Below are positions 18,683 to 27,804 of a stretch of 64,000 nt of DNA, piece by piece. A program made the position numbers and the translations under genes. The DNA comes from Candidatus Latescibacterota bacterium (GTDB taxonomy: Bacteria > Latescibacterota > CBDEFO01), in NCBI GenBank assembly GCA_965248755.1, contig OZ252149.1:800001-864000 (forward strand), read 5' to 3'. How positions within the stretch are numbered: the first letter of the stretch is position 1; every line of letters begins with the position of its first letter. The notes beneath the pieces were generated by a model that saw only the letters and a list, made by a program, of their open reading frames with translations, had not been told where the DNA came from and did no database searches.

Positions 18683-19462
18683 TTACAGGAGCTTGAGTAT
18701 CTGTGTGATGTCTCCTTCTGCTCTTATCCAGAACTTATGGAACATATGGACGAAGAACGACAGAGAAAATCCTATAGCTAAGAGCCCGACTCCTATCTTT
18801 AGAGGAAATCCGACGATGAATACGTTCATCGAGGGAAATGACCTTGCGACAACTGCCATAGCGATCTGAACCATAAAAAGGGCCGCTATGACCGGGGCTC
18901 CGATCTTGATAGCTATTACGAAGACCTGCGCCGACATTCTGATTAACTTGTCGGCGAAGGCTCCAGAAAGTGACAAAGTGGACACAGGGATCGTCACAAA
19001 ACTTGCTCCTATAGCATCTATAAGGAAGTGGTGTCCATCTATTATCAGGAATATCAAGATAGCAAACAGGGCTTTGAGCTCTGCTATAATGGAGATCTGA
19101 GACCCCGATTGGGGATCAATAACGTTGACTATTCCAAAGCCCATCTGCATCCCTATAATCCCTCCTGCGATCTGCACTGCTGAGAAAAGGAGGGTGGTGG
19201 CAAATCCAATAATAACTCCTATGACTGCTTCTTTGGATATCATAATCATAAGTGACATAATGTCGGTGGCTTGTGGAACTTGGGAGCTGTAGGCCACGGG
19301 AAAGATAATCAGGCTCAAAAGAGCTGCAAGTCCGATTTTAACTTTAGCTGGGACGCTGTTGTGTCCCAGGATAGGAACCAAGCCTACGATAGCTAGTATC
19401 CTTATAAATATTAGTATGAACTGTTCAAACTGCGGTAGAGTGATGTTCATCGGCTGGGCCAT
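18683..19462 (-). CDS. fliR: Flagellar export protein FliR
   Basis: AGGIIGMQMGF, DGHH, PSMNVFIVGFPLKI. Confidence 0.95.
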   Translation of the reverse strand: MAQPMNITLPQFEQFILIFIRILAIVGLVPILGHNSVPAKVKIGLAALLSLIIFPVAYSSQVPQATDIMSLMIMISKEAVIGVIIGFATTLLFSAVQIAGGIIGMQMGFGIVNVIDPQSGSQISIIAELKALFAILIFLIIDGHHFLIDAIGASFVTIPVSTLSLSGAFADKLIRMSAQVFVIAIKIGAPVIAALFMVQIAMAVVARSFPSMNVFIVGFPLKIGVGLLAIGFSLSFFVHMFHKFWIRAEGDITQILKLL

Positions 19463-19540
19463 AGTATCTAAATACAGTAGACAACGGGACAGCAGTTATC
19501 AGAAAAGTCAGCGCCACCCACGCTTGTATGCTTTCTACTT

Positions 19541-19801
19541 TCATTTGGGGAGAATAGAAAAGATCAATCTGGTGAAATCCGTTAGTTTAGTAAGCATCCA
19601 CGGCATAAATAGGACCAGCGTTATAAGTACCGCCAGGATCTTCGGTATAAACGTTAGCGTCATTTCGTGTATCTGTGTTACTGCCTGAAAGATGCCCACA
19701 GTCAGGCCAACAATAAGTCCCGCCAAAAGAGCTGGAGCAGCTACCATCAAAGCTGTAAAGACAGCTTCTTTTCCGATGTGTATGACAAACTGTTCAGTCA
19801 T
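19541..19801 (-). CDS. fliQ: Flagellar export protein FliQ
   Basis: FQAVTQIHEMTLTFIPK. Confidence 0.97.
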   Translation of the reverse strand: MTEQFVIHIGKEAVFTALMVAAPALLAGLIVGLTVGIFQAVTQIHEMTLTFIPKILAVLITLVLFMPWMLTKLTDFTRLIFSILPK

Positions 19802-19847
19802 TGTCCTGTTTTATTGAAAAAGAGGGAAAGTAGTGACCATTTGGCGT

Positions 19848-20624
19848 TTACCTGAACCCGCCCATAAGCGAATCGATAAGGAGATACCATCCGTCCACAA
19901 GCACGAACATGAGTATTTTAAAGGGTAGAGAGATCATTATGGGGGGAAGCATAAGCATTCCCATAGACATCAATAAGCTTGCGACTATCATGTCCAAAAC
20001 TATGAAGGGCAGATAGAGCAAGAAACCTATCTGAAAGGAGATCCTGAGTTCACTTATGACAAACGCAGGTATAATAATTCTGGCGGGGATCTCATCGCTG
20101 TTTTTCGGCTTTTCCATCTTGGCCAGGTGCACAAAAAGAGCAAGGTCCTTTTCCCTTGTATGTTTCAACATGAAGTTTCTGATAGGGCCCATTCCCACCG
20201 CCATAGCTTCGCTTTGAGATATTTCTTCGTTCAGATAGGGCTGAAGCGCCTCTGTGTTAACCTGGTCCCATACAGGAGCCATTATGAACAGAGTCAAAAA
20301 GAGTGCAATTCCAATAAGTAGTTGATTAGGTGGCATCTGCTGCGTGCCCATGGCGTGTCTTAAGAATGAGAAGACTACTATAATCCTGGTAAATGCAGTC
20401 ATCATAATGAGTATGGAGGGAGCAAGCGATAGGATCGTCAAAAGAAATATTATCTGAAGCGATACCGAGATATTAGCGGGCGCTGTGGCCTTGTCGATGT
20501 CAAAAGGGAACCCTTGAGCGCTAGAGATTGCAGGCCACATAGCGGACAATGTCAGCCAAGTCAATACAAATAGACTCAAGAGTCCTATGAACTTGAATCT
20601 TGTATGAGCCTTAGTATCTTTCAT
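19848..20624 (-). CDS. fliP: Flagellar export protein FliP
   Basis: MTAFTRI, QQMPPNQ, PAFVISEL, LPFKILMFVLVDGW; start 20624 preferred, 20672 possible. Confidence 0.96.
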   Translation of the reverse strand: MKDTKAHTRFKFIGLLSLFVLTWLTLSAMWPAISSAQGFPFDIDKATAPANISVSLQIIFLLTILSLAPSILIMMTAFTRIIVVFSFLRHAMGTQQMPPNQLLIGIALFLTLFIMAPVWDQVNTEALQPYLNEEISQSEAMAVGMGPIRNFMLKHTREKDLALFVHLAKMEKPKNSDEIPARIIIPAFVISELRISFQIGFLLYLPFIVLDMIVASLLMSMGMLMLPPIMISLPFKILMFVLVDGWYLLIDSLMGGFR

Positions 20625-20658
20625 TAATCTTGATTTCCTTATAGATGCAAAAGTATAT

Positions 20659-21711
20659 TCAAAGACTACCAAGAGAATTTTCCAGCTTATTTGATGAACT
20701 TACAAGGCTCGTAATCCTCACGCCGAAGTTTTCATCTACAATTACGACCTCCCCTTCTGCAAATTTCCTATCGTTCACCAGCAGGTCTACCGGTTCACCG
20801 GCAAGTTTATCCAGTTCTACCACATAGCCTGTTCCCAGCGTAAGAAATTCTCTGACGAGCATCCTCTTCCTGCCGAGTTCTATCGATACTGTAAGAGGCA
20901 GATCTATGATGACATCTATATTCGCGTCGTCACCTGAAACAGCGTCGGGAGCAAGTTGTTCAAATTGAGCTCTTCTGACTACTACAGGCTCTGTCTCTTT
21001 TTCTTCTTTTGTGACCGGTGCATCTTGTTGCTCTTTCCTTACATCGGCCATCTCCTCATCAGGCAGTTGGACGGTAGCTTCATCCATCTTCAAATCGATG
21101 GTCTCTTCATCGGTCGGTTGGACAGCGGCTTCATCCGTCTGGCTTGGGTTCCAACCTTCTAGTAGGCCGTAGCAGCCTTCCTTGCTGATCAACTTTATCA
21201 CAAAGTCATTGGGCGTATCTTTGATTTTGAGGGAAAGATCGATGGATACAAAGTCGGATATCTCTATTCCAAGATTCTCCGAATCTACAAGTTTTGCCTG
21301 GGACGGGAGGAACTCTATTTTTTCCTTTAACTGGCTGGAGATGCCTGTGGATGCGGCTCCCATTATCTGATCTGTTGCCTCCTGAATAGGGCCAAGATGT
21401 TCTTCGGAAAATTCAGCGCTTCCATCTCCCGACGTCATAAAACCAGCGATCTTAGCGGTGGTATCCTTCTGTAAGAGGAACACGATCTTTCCCTCCGTCC
21501 CACCCTTAAAATCGAGTCCCACCACCACACACCCATCGGCGTAGTCCACCTCTATCTCGGCGGGACTTGCCTGGCCTATCTTTTCTATAGTTATCTTGGC
21601 TTCTCTGGACGAGAGCGTCGACAGAGCCTCAGCGGCGTACTCTGAAAAGACCTTTTCGATATCAAATAGATCGTCTTTTTGGCTGTCATTCAACAGTTCT
21701 TCGTCGGCCAT
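20659..21711 (-). CDS. fliN: Flagellar switch protein FliN with CheC-like N-terminal domain (FliY-like)
   Basis: C-terminal SpoA domain (IELGRKRM...LDKLAGEPVDLLVN...GEVVIVDENFGVRI); N-terminal CheC-like region. Confidence 0.88.
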   Translation of the reverse strand: MADEELLNDSQKDDLFDIEKVFSEYAAEALSTLSSREAKITIEKIGQASPAEIEVDYADGCVVVGLDFKGGTEGKIVFLLQKDTTAKIAGFMTSGDGSAEFSEEHLGPIQEATDQIMGAASTGISSQLKEKIEFLPSQAKLVDSENLGIEISDFVSIDLSLKIKDTPNDFVIKLISKEGCYGLLEGWNPSQTDEAAVQPTDEETIDLKMDEATVQLPDEEMADVRKEQQDAPVTKEEKETEPVVVRRAQFEQLAPDAVSGDDANIDVIIDLPLTVSIELGRKRMLVREFLTLGTGYVVELDKLAGEPVDLLVNDRKFAEGEVVIVDENFGVRITSLVSSSNKLENSLGSL

Positions 21712-21715
21712 TGTT

Positions 21716-22705
21716 CTACCTTTCCTCCGTGTCTTCTGATACTACTTTTGTAATCTTAACTGCTTTTTTCTTACCTACCAGCCCGGGATGTCCGCGGAAT
21801 TTCACCTGGTTGTCGATGGATACCTGTACTTCATCATTTACCCCCTGGTCGAGACGTACAACGTCGCCTATTTGGAGCTGTGAGATATTCTTTAGGGTCA
21901 TCTCTACGTCACCCAGTGATGCAACTACAGGGACTTTGGTCCTCATTAAGTTTTCTTCTACTAACTCTGAATCCCTTTTAGAATCCTTTTTCCTTTCTGT
22001 TACAGACATATGTTGAGCTCCGAGCGTAGGCATTATGTCCTCTACCAGGTATAATGGAATGCATACATTGAGGAAACTAGAAAAATTTCGCGTTTTGATC
22101 TCGAATGGAACTAATAAACAGGTTTCGCCCGGCGGAGCGATCTGAGCGAAATGGGGATTGGTCTCAAAGGTCCTAAATTCAAACTCGAAGTCAATCACAT
22201 TCTCCCAGGCTTTGGATAATTCCTCCATAGTTCTATCAGCGGTTCTTCTTAATACATTTCTCTCTATATCCGTGATTTCCCTTGCTTCTACCCCAACATC
22301 TCCGCTTCCCCCAAAGAGTCTGTCCACGACATAGAGAGCAAACTGAGGGCTGATTTCAAGCATAACATCCCCACCCAAATGTCTGGCGTTGTAGATGTAG
22401 ATGCAAGTGGGATCGGACATCGAGTTGCTAAAATCCGCAAACGGAAGCATATCCGCAGAGGTAATATTGACCTCTACGAAAACCCTTAGGCTGGAGGAAA
22501 GAAAGGTCTGCAAGGTCCCTGCAAAGCTCTTGTGTATTGCATCGAACGCCCGAATCTGTTCTTTGATCTTGCCGAATATCTGGGGATTCCTGAAGTCGTA
22601 CAGACTTGCTCTTTCTGTGAGCAAATCAGATTCGCCCTCGGCCACATCCGTGGGGGACATGGATTTCAAAAGAGCGTCCATATCGTTCTGTGATAGTTGG
22701 TCCAA
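21716..22705 (-). CDS. fliM: Flagellar switch protein FliM
   Basis: LSQNDMDALL CheY-binding peptide, YDFRNP, DRLFGG, ETNPHF; TTG start at 22705 after AAGGA. Confidence 0.94.
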   Translation of the reverse strand: MDQLSQNDMDALLKSMSPTDVAEGESDLLTERASLYDFRNPQIFGKIKEQIRAFDAIHKSFAGTLQTFLSSSLRVFVEVNITSADMLPFADFSNSMSDPTCIYIYNARHLGGDVMLEISPQFALYVVDRLFGGSGDVGVEAREITDIERNVLRRTADRTMEELSKAWENVIDFEFEFRTFETNPHFAQIAPPGETCLLVPFEIKTRNFSSFLNVCIPLYLVEDIMPTLGAQHMSVTERKKDSKRDSELVEENLMRTKVPVVASLGDVEMTLKNISQLQIGDVVRLDQGVNDEVQVSIDNQVKFRGHPGLVGKKKAVKITKVVSEDTEER

Positions 22706-22754
22706 GTTTGCCGTCCTTTTTCCAAGAAAACTCTTCACACACTTTGTGGTAAGC

Positions 22755-22775
22755 CCCCGATTGAATCTATCGGGG
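22755..22775. repeat. 21-bp palindrome, copy 2, within a longer AAGCCCCCGAT...ATCGGGGGCTT stem
   Basis: CCCCGATTGAATCTATCGGGG in the fliL-fliM intergenic region. Confidence 0.85.
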
Positions 22776-22825
22776 GCTTGCTGCCACCAAAAGAAGGAGC
22801 CAGGCCACCGTTTTGGGCCCTGATC

Positions 22826-23296
22826 CTACTGGATCACAAATTTGCTAAAGTGTACTTTCTTAAGATCGCCTTTGGTAATCTTCTGGTTTACTTTAGTGAG
22901 CACTTCTTCCCTCAATTCTTCTTTATTACGAGTTCCCTCCAATTTATCCAGTGTCCTGCTGGAAAATATATCTATGAGGGTATCTTTCAATTCCATGTCT
23001 CTCTTCTTGAGCAGCTCTAAAGTACCTACCCTTCCCACTTCTAACCCGATAGTCACGGCAAGGTATCTTGTGCCCAAGGTTCCTGCGGGGTTAACTATTA
23101 CATCTTCGACGAGATATATTTCTCCGCTCCCTTCTTCAGTATCCTCATATTCTTCAGTTTCCTCAGTCTTGACAGAAGCCTCGCTGGGATCCTTCTCAGC
23201 CAAAAGTGCGGGAATTATGAAATAGGTGATAAGAAAATATGCTAGACCTATTTGCGCTACAACTATTAAAGCTATCAGGAGGTACTTCTTGCTCAT
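22826..23296 (-). CDS. fliL: Flagellar basal body-associated protein FliL
   Basis: N-terminal TM, IVNPAGT..RYL, C-terminal VHFSKFVIQ; GGAGG RBS. Confidence 0.93.
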   Translation of the reverse strand: MSKKYLLIALIVVAQIGLAYFLITYFIIPALLAEKDPSEASVKTEETEEYEDTEEGSGEIYLVEDVIVNPAGTLGTRYLAVTIGLEVGRVGTLELLKKRDMELKDTLIDIFSSRTLDKLEGTRNKEELREEVLTKVNQKITKGDLKKVHFSKFVIQ

Positions 23297-23371
23297 AATT
23301 CCTCCAAAGATGCCAGAATGTGTTCTGAAGCATCAAAACTCTTCTTCTAGATACAGCCATTCTAGTAGATG

Positions 23372-23387
23372 AGCAAAAAGAATGCCA
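23372..23387 (-). promoter_or_regulatory. Sigma54 (-24/-12) promoter for the fliL operon
   Basis: Minus strand TGGCATTCTTTTTGCT, exact GG-N10-GC spacing, about 75 bp upstream of fliL. Confidence 0.7.
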
Positions 23388-23581
23388 CAGAACGAAAATT
23401 CTGGATATGTTGTATATCAGAATAATTATCAATGACTTACATAGGATTATCAATCAGGGAGAATCGGGTGTGTGGTCGTGACACTGTGCGATCTCGGAAA
23501 ACTTTTCCTCTTTACAGGCATACTGTCGAGATCAGTCAGCGTATCTATTGTCGATGTGAAGGAAGGGTAAAATGTTAGTCA

Positions 23582-24376
23582 CTATTCATTGTCTGCGTCC
23601 ATAGCTTGAAGGAATTCTGCAAAGGCGCTGTCAGGTTCTGTGCCGTGTAAGCCGGAGGGAACTATTTCTTCTTCACCTCTATATTTAACGAATATCTCTA
23701 CTCTTCTGTTTGAGCCTCGGCCCTTTGCCGAGTCGTTGGGTTTTATGGGTCTAAACTCGGCGTATCCGGAAGCCGAGAGCTTGGCGGGATCTAATCCTCC
23801 TTCGTCTACAAAGTATCTTATGACGGTGGAGGCTCTGGCGGTGGAGAGTTCCCAGTTAGAGGGGAATTGAGGTGTTTTGATAGGAAGGTCGTCTGTGTGA
23901 CCTTCGACACGAATGCTGGACCCCTCTCCCAGCTTGACTATATGTAGCAGCATAGGGATGATCTTGGGTTTTAAGTCGGCTTTCCCCAGATCGAAGAGGA
24001 CAGGATTGCTTATCCTTATAGCTATCTCATCCCCCTGGGCTTGGATATGAATTGAGTCTTCGAGCTTGTTTTCTTTAATGAACTGCTGCATCTCGTTCAG
24101 GGCAGATACAACGCGCCTTGGCTGAAAGCCGGTCAAGTCAGACTTATAGACTTCAGGATGTGCAATAACTGTAGGATCTGCAGTGAGGATTCCCAGCGCT
24201 CCCTGAAGCGATCCCATGGCTTTCTCAAACTTGACAATTTGGATGGAGGACATAGAGACAATAAGCACGAAGAAGGTCAAAAGGAGCGACATCAAGTCGC
24301 CGTATGTGACCATCCAGCTCGGGGCCCCCCCTCCCTCACTTTCCTCTTCTTTCTTGGCCTTCTTATTTCTTGCCAT
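23582..24376 (-). CDS. motB: Flagellar stator protein MotB/PomB
   Basis: WMVTYGDLMSLLLTFFVL TM and OmpA-like EGHTDD...NWELSTARA...NRRVEI. Confidence 0.95.
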   Translation of the reverse strand: MARNKKAKKEEESEGGGAPSWMVTYGDLMSLLLTFFVLIVSMSSIQIVKFEKAMGSLQGALGILTADPTVIAHPEVYKSDLTGFQPRRVVSALNEMQQFIKENKLEDSIHIQAQGDEIAIRISNPVLFDLGKADLKPKIIPMLLHIVKLGEGSSIRVEGHTDDLPIKTPQFPSNWELSTARASTVIRYFVDEGGLDPAKLSASGYAEFRPIKPNDSAKGRGSNRRVEIFVKYRGEEEIVPSGLHGTEPDSAFAEFLQAMDADNE

Positions 24377-24417
24377 CTTCCTTTCCCTAACCCGATTAAT
24401 TCATAAACTTGATCGAA

Positions 24418-24558
24418 GTCATTGCGAGGAGCAAAGCGGTCCCTGATTGAGTCTATCGGGGAAGCAATATCAAGGTTTTATAGTGGTCTCCTATGAGAGC
24501 CGGAGAGTATTACATCTACCACAGAATCGAGATTGCTTCGCCTTCGGCTCGCAAGGAC
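24418..24558. repeat. REP-like inverted repeat (GTCATTGCGAG...CTCGCAAGGAC) carrying 21-bp palindrome copy 3 at 24441-24461
   Basis: GTCATTGCGAG/CTCGCAAGGAC and GAAGCAAT/ATTGCTTC arms; CCCTGATTGAGTCTATCGGGG interrupts the left arm. Confidence 0.75.
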
Positions 24559-24675
24559 ACCGAAGGTGGTTAAAAGGCATAACTATAATATAATACAATC
24601 CCTTAATTAATACACGGCCTTTTTTTGTGAATTATTCGGGCTAAGACAGTTCTTCGATACTTTTCGGGGTCGCCT

Positions 24676-25452
24676 TCAATCACCCTCCGGTGTCGCCTCC
24701 TGCCCTCTGCCCTTGGGAGGTATGAAGGACATAAGTATCTCTTTGATTGTTCTGGGATTCTGACCGGCTCCTATGGCTACTAGTCCCTCTATTATCAGCT
24801 CTTTTTCGAGTAGTTCCTGTTTGGATCTTGTCTTCAGCTTTGCGGCTATGGGGAGAAATATCATGTTAGCCATCAGAGCCCCGTAGAAGGTTGTAACGAG
24901 GGCTACGGCCATTCCGGGACCGATAGTGGATGGGTCCTCCATGGTCCTTAGCATCAGCACCAGGCCGATAAGCGTTCCTATCATTCCGAACGCGGGCGCA
25001 TAGGTGCCCATAGCGGTAAATATGCTCTGACCCAAGGCGTGTCTTACCCCTATGTTATCCATATCAGTTTGGAGTATCTCTCTCAATTGTTCGGATTCGG
25101 TTCCGTCCACTGCCAGTTGTATTCCTTTCTTAAGAAATTGATCTTCGGTGTTTTCTATTTCCTTTTCCATTGCAAGGACGCCTTCGCGTCTTGCTTTATC
25201 CGATAAGTCGACAATATATTCAACGGTCAGCAGAGGCGTCTCAGACTTATACAGGAACACTTTCTTGACTACGCCTATTACTCCCAGAACGTCAGACAGA
25301 GGAAAGTTGATGAGCGTCGCTGCGATGGTTCCCCCCGCCGTTATCGCAAATGACGGTCCGTCCATGAAGGATTCCAATCCACCCTTGCTCCAAATAGCAT
25401 AAAAGATAAGCGACATACCGGATATTATTCCGACGAAAGATGTAATATCCAT
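24676..25452 (-). CDS. motA: Flagellar stator protein MotA/PomA
   Basis: ARREGVLA, QLAVDG, APAFGMIGTLIGLV, AVALVTTFYG, GQNPR. Confidence 0.95.
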   Translation of the reverse strand: MDITSFVGIISGMSLIFYAIWSKGGLESFMDGPSFAITAGGTIAATLINFPLSDVLGVIGVVKKVFLYKSETPLLTVEYIVDLSDKARREGVLAMEKEIENTEDQFLKKGIQLAVDGTESEQLREILQTDMDNIGVRHALGQSIFTAMGTYAPAFGMIGTLIGLVLMLRTMEDPSTIGPGMAVALVTTFYGALMANMIFLPIAAKLKTRSKQELLEKELIIEGLVAIGAGQNPRTIKEILMSFIPPKGRGQEATPEGD

Positions 25453-25507
25453 AGCGGATTCTCCAAGTAATAGCTCTTAACTAAAGCCATAGCTAGTTCA
25501 ACCGACT

Positions 25508-25723
25508 CTATCTGTAGGATTTGTCGGCGATCTCTCTGACCGAAGGAAAACTCTGACGGCGGTAGTCCATGACCTTATCGACCACACCCTCTACCGACTC
25601 TAATACCATAATTTTCTTGCCCGTAGTCAGACTTATTATGGTATCCGGCGTCGATTCGACCAGTTCTATCAGATCGGCGTTGATAACCAAGTCCTGATTA
25701 TTTAAACGGGTAACAGAGATCAT
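25508..25723 (-). CDS. flbD: FlbD family flagellar protein
   Basis: MISVTRLN...INADLIELVESTPDTIISLTTGKK; AAAGGAGG RBS before ATG 25723. Confidence 0.92.
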   Translation of the reverse strand: MISVTRLNNQDLVINADLIELVESTPDTIISLTTGKKIMVLESVEGVVDKVMDYRRQSFPSVREIADKSYR

Positions 25724-25744
25724 AAAAGGGCCTCCTTTCGTCAT

Positions 25745-25773
25745 AATGTACAAATTAAGATTGGGAATGTCAA
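25745..25773 (-). promoter_or_regulatory. Putative sigma70 promoter for flbD-motA-motB
   Basis: Minus strand TTGACA-N17-TACATT just upstream of the flbD RBS. Confidence 0.6.
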
Positions 25774-25940
25774 GCAACAATGCCCTAAGAAACACAGCAA
25801 AATAGGCACCCTTATTTAGGCCGTAAGCCATTTAGGCCGTAAGCCTCTCAGTGCACAACTGCAAAGAGAATAAAGTCATACGGTGTTCTTTTCCTCGAAA
25901 AGTTCTTTGCATACTTTTGGGGACCCCTTCTGCAGAAGAT

Positions 25941-25974
25941 CCCAGACCTTCCCACGAAAAGCGGAAGGCCTGGG
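25941..25974 (-). terminator. Hairpin after flgE, probable terminator
   Basis: CCCAGACCTTCC...GGAAGGCCTGGG stem 30 bp after the flgE stop. Confidence 0.55.
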
Positions 25975-26003
25975 TTATCTTATGTGATTATCTGCGGTTA
26001 GGA

Positions 26004-27680
26004 CTACCTCTTGAGGTTCACGATTTCGTTGAGTATATCGTCACTTGTAGTGATCACTCTGGCGTTAGCCTGGAAACCTCTTTGAGCGATGATCAGATCG
26101 GCGAACTCTTTAGTCAAATCCACGTTGGACGACTCAAGAAAGCCGGAGTTTATAGTTGCCTGGATGCTTTCCCCAGCTATTCCGAGTACGGAAAGACCTG
26201 AGTTAGCTGACACCTGATACAGGCTGTCTCCGACCCTCTCAAGGCCGCCGGGGTTGGTGAAATCGGACAGGATTATCCGCCCAAGATCATTAATCTGCCC
26301 GTTTGTGAACACACCGACGATTGTGCCATCCGGTTGAATGGAGGCGGAGGTTAGTTTCCCGATTCCGAATCCGTCCTGGTCCTTAGCCGCAGCGGTGGAC
26401 GTACCGGTAAGCTGCGTGACGCCGTCAAAAGAACCCACGGATCCGACGTTTAAGTTAAGATTCACCGGAGAAGCTCCATTACCCGGGTCGAAGGAGAAGG
26501 ACGATACGCCTGCGCCGTCGTACAAGAAGGCCCTCAAAGAACCACTAGGGGTGAAGCTAATGCTCCCGGTGTTGCCCCCAAAAATTGTCTCGTTGCCGGC
26601 CAAGGTAGCTTCCCACGTCCATTCACCGGGGGTATCTGTGGCCGTATAGTCGACAGTGACTGTATGCGCCTCCCCAAGGCTGTCGAATGTGGATATGGAT
26701 GTGGAGTGAATGCCCGCATCCCTGCCCACGACGGTATTAGTGAAGGTGGGGAACGTGATGTTTCCGGTGCTTCCTGCAGATAAGGTGCCCAGCACTAAAT
26801 TGATGCTCGTGCTGATTTTGCCTGTTGCATTGTCAGTCAAGACTATGTTGCCGGAGGCGTCAAGCACAGCCGTGGAACCGTCAGCTGCTCCACTGTCAAA
26901 CGCGGTGTTGATAGCGGCCAGGAGATCCCCGACAGTGCTTGCTGTCGTGCTATCGAACGTGAAAGTTCCAGCGGCGGATGAACCGTCGGCTTTGGTACTG
27001 ATTAAATTTATCACGTCTCCGTCCGCAAGAGCGAAGTTAACTATCGACAGGTTATTTATCAACGTGCCGACCACGGCAGGGCCACCTGCAACGGTGTCTG
27101 TACCCAGACTCCCCGACCAGACCGCTTGTTTGGGATCGGAGTTGGCGTTCAGATTGCCCCGGAAATTCACGGCCGTAGTCGACTTGGGCGGAGATACCTT
27201 CCCGAAGGAAATGGTTAGGTCTTCCACCGTAGGGGTAGGAATGACAACCCCTTGCTCGTCGGCGAGACGACCCTGAACTATGAAACCGTTGCTGGGGTTG
27301 ATGAGAGTTCCATTCGCGTCAAACGCGAAGGACCCTGCTCTGCTGTAGAACTTTTCATCCCCGTTGCTGAGTATGAAGAACCCTTCTCCCTGGATAGCCA
27401 CATCGGTTGTAAGTCCGGTAGCTGTTAAGCTGCCCTGTGTGACGATGCTGTCTATACTTCCGATAGCGGAACCGAGTCCGAACTGCACAGGATTCACACC
27501 TCCAAGGCCCTCCTGTGGGGCCCTTGCCCCCGACACCGTCTGGGCGAGGAGTTCCTTGAATGTGGTTCTGCTGGACTTGAAGCCGATAGTGTTGATGTTA
27601 GCAATGTTGTTTCCTATTACGTTCAGTCGAGACTGGTGGTTCTGGAGTCCTGAGACTCCTGATGTTAATGCGCTAATCAT
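26004..27680 (-). CDS. flgE: Flagellar hook protein FlgE
   Basis: SGL...NVIGNNIANINTIGFK, QGEGFF, LESSNVDLTKEF...QRGFQANAR. Confidence 0.97.
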   Translation of the reverse strand: MISALTSGVSGLQNHQSRLNVIGNNIANINTIGFKSSRTTFKELLAQTVSGARAPQEGLGGVNPVQFGLGSAIGSIDSIVTQGSLTATGLTTDVAIQGEGFFILSNGDEKFYSRAGSFAFDANGTLINPSNGFIVQGRLADEQGVVIPTPTVEDLTISFGKVSPPKSTTAVNFRGNLNANSDPKQAVWSGSLGTDTVAGGPAVVGTLINNLSIVNFALADGDVINLISTKADGSSAAGTFTFDSTTASTVGDLLAAINTAFDSGAADGSTAVLDASGNIVLTDNATGKISTSINLVLGTLSAGSTGNITFPTFTNTVVGRDAGIHSTSISTFDSLGEAHTVTVDYTATDTPGEWTWEATLAGNETIFGGNTGSISFTPSGSLRAFLYDGAGVSSFSFDPGNGASPVNLNLNVGSVGSFDGVTQLTGTSTAAAKDQDGFGIGKLTSASIQPDGTIVGVFTNGQINDLGRIILSDFTNPGGLERVGDSLYQVSANSGLSVLGIAGESIQATINSGFLESSNVDLTKEFADLIIAQRGFQANARVITTSDDILNEIVNLKR

Positions 27681-27804
27681 TTTGTGACCTCCTTGGGTTT
27701 ACTGAAGACAGCAACCACTAAAAAGAGTCTGTGGCGAGGACCGCCTCTGTCGCTCTGGCGGTATTGAAGGCTTCCTCCTCGATGGAGGTCCGGCCTTTTG
27801 GTAG

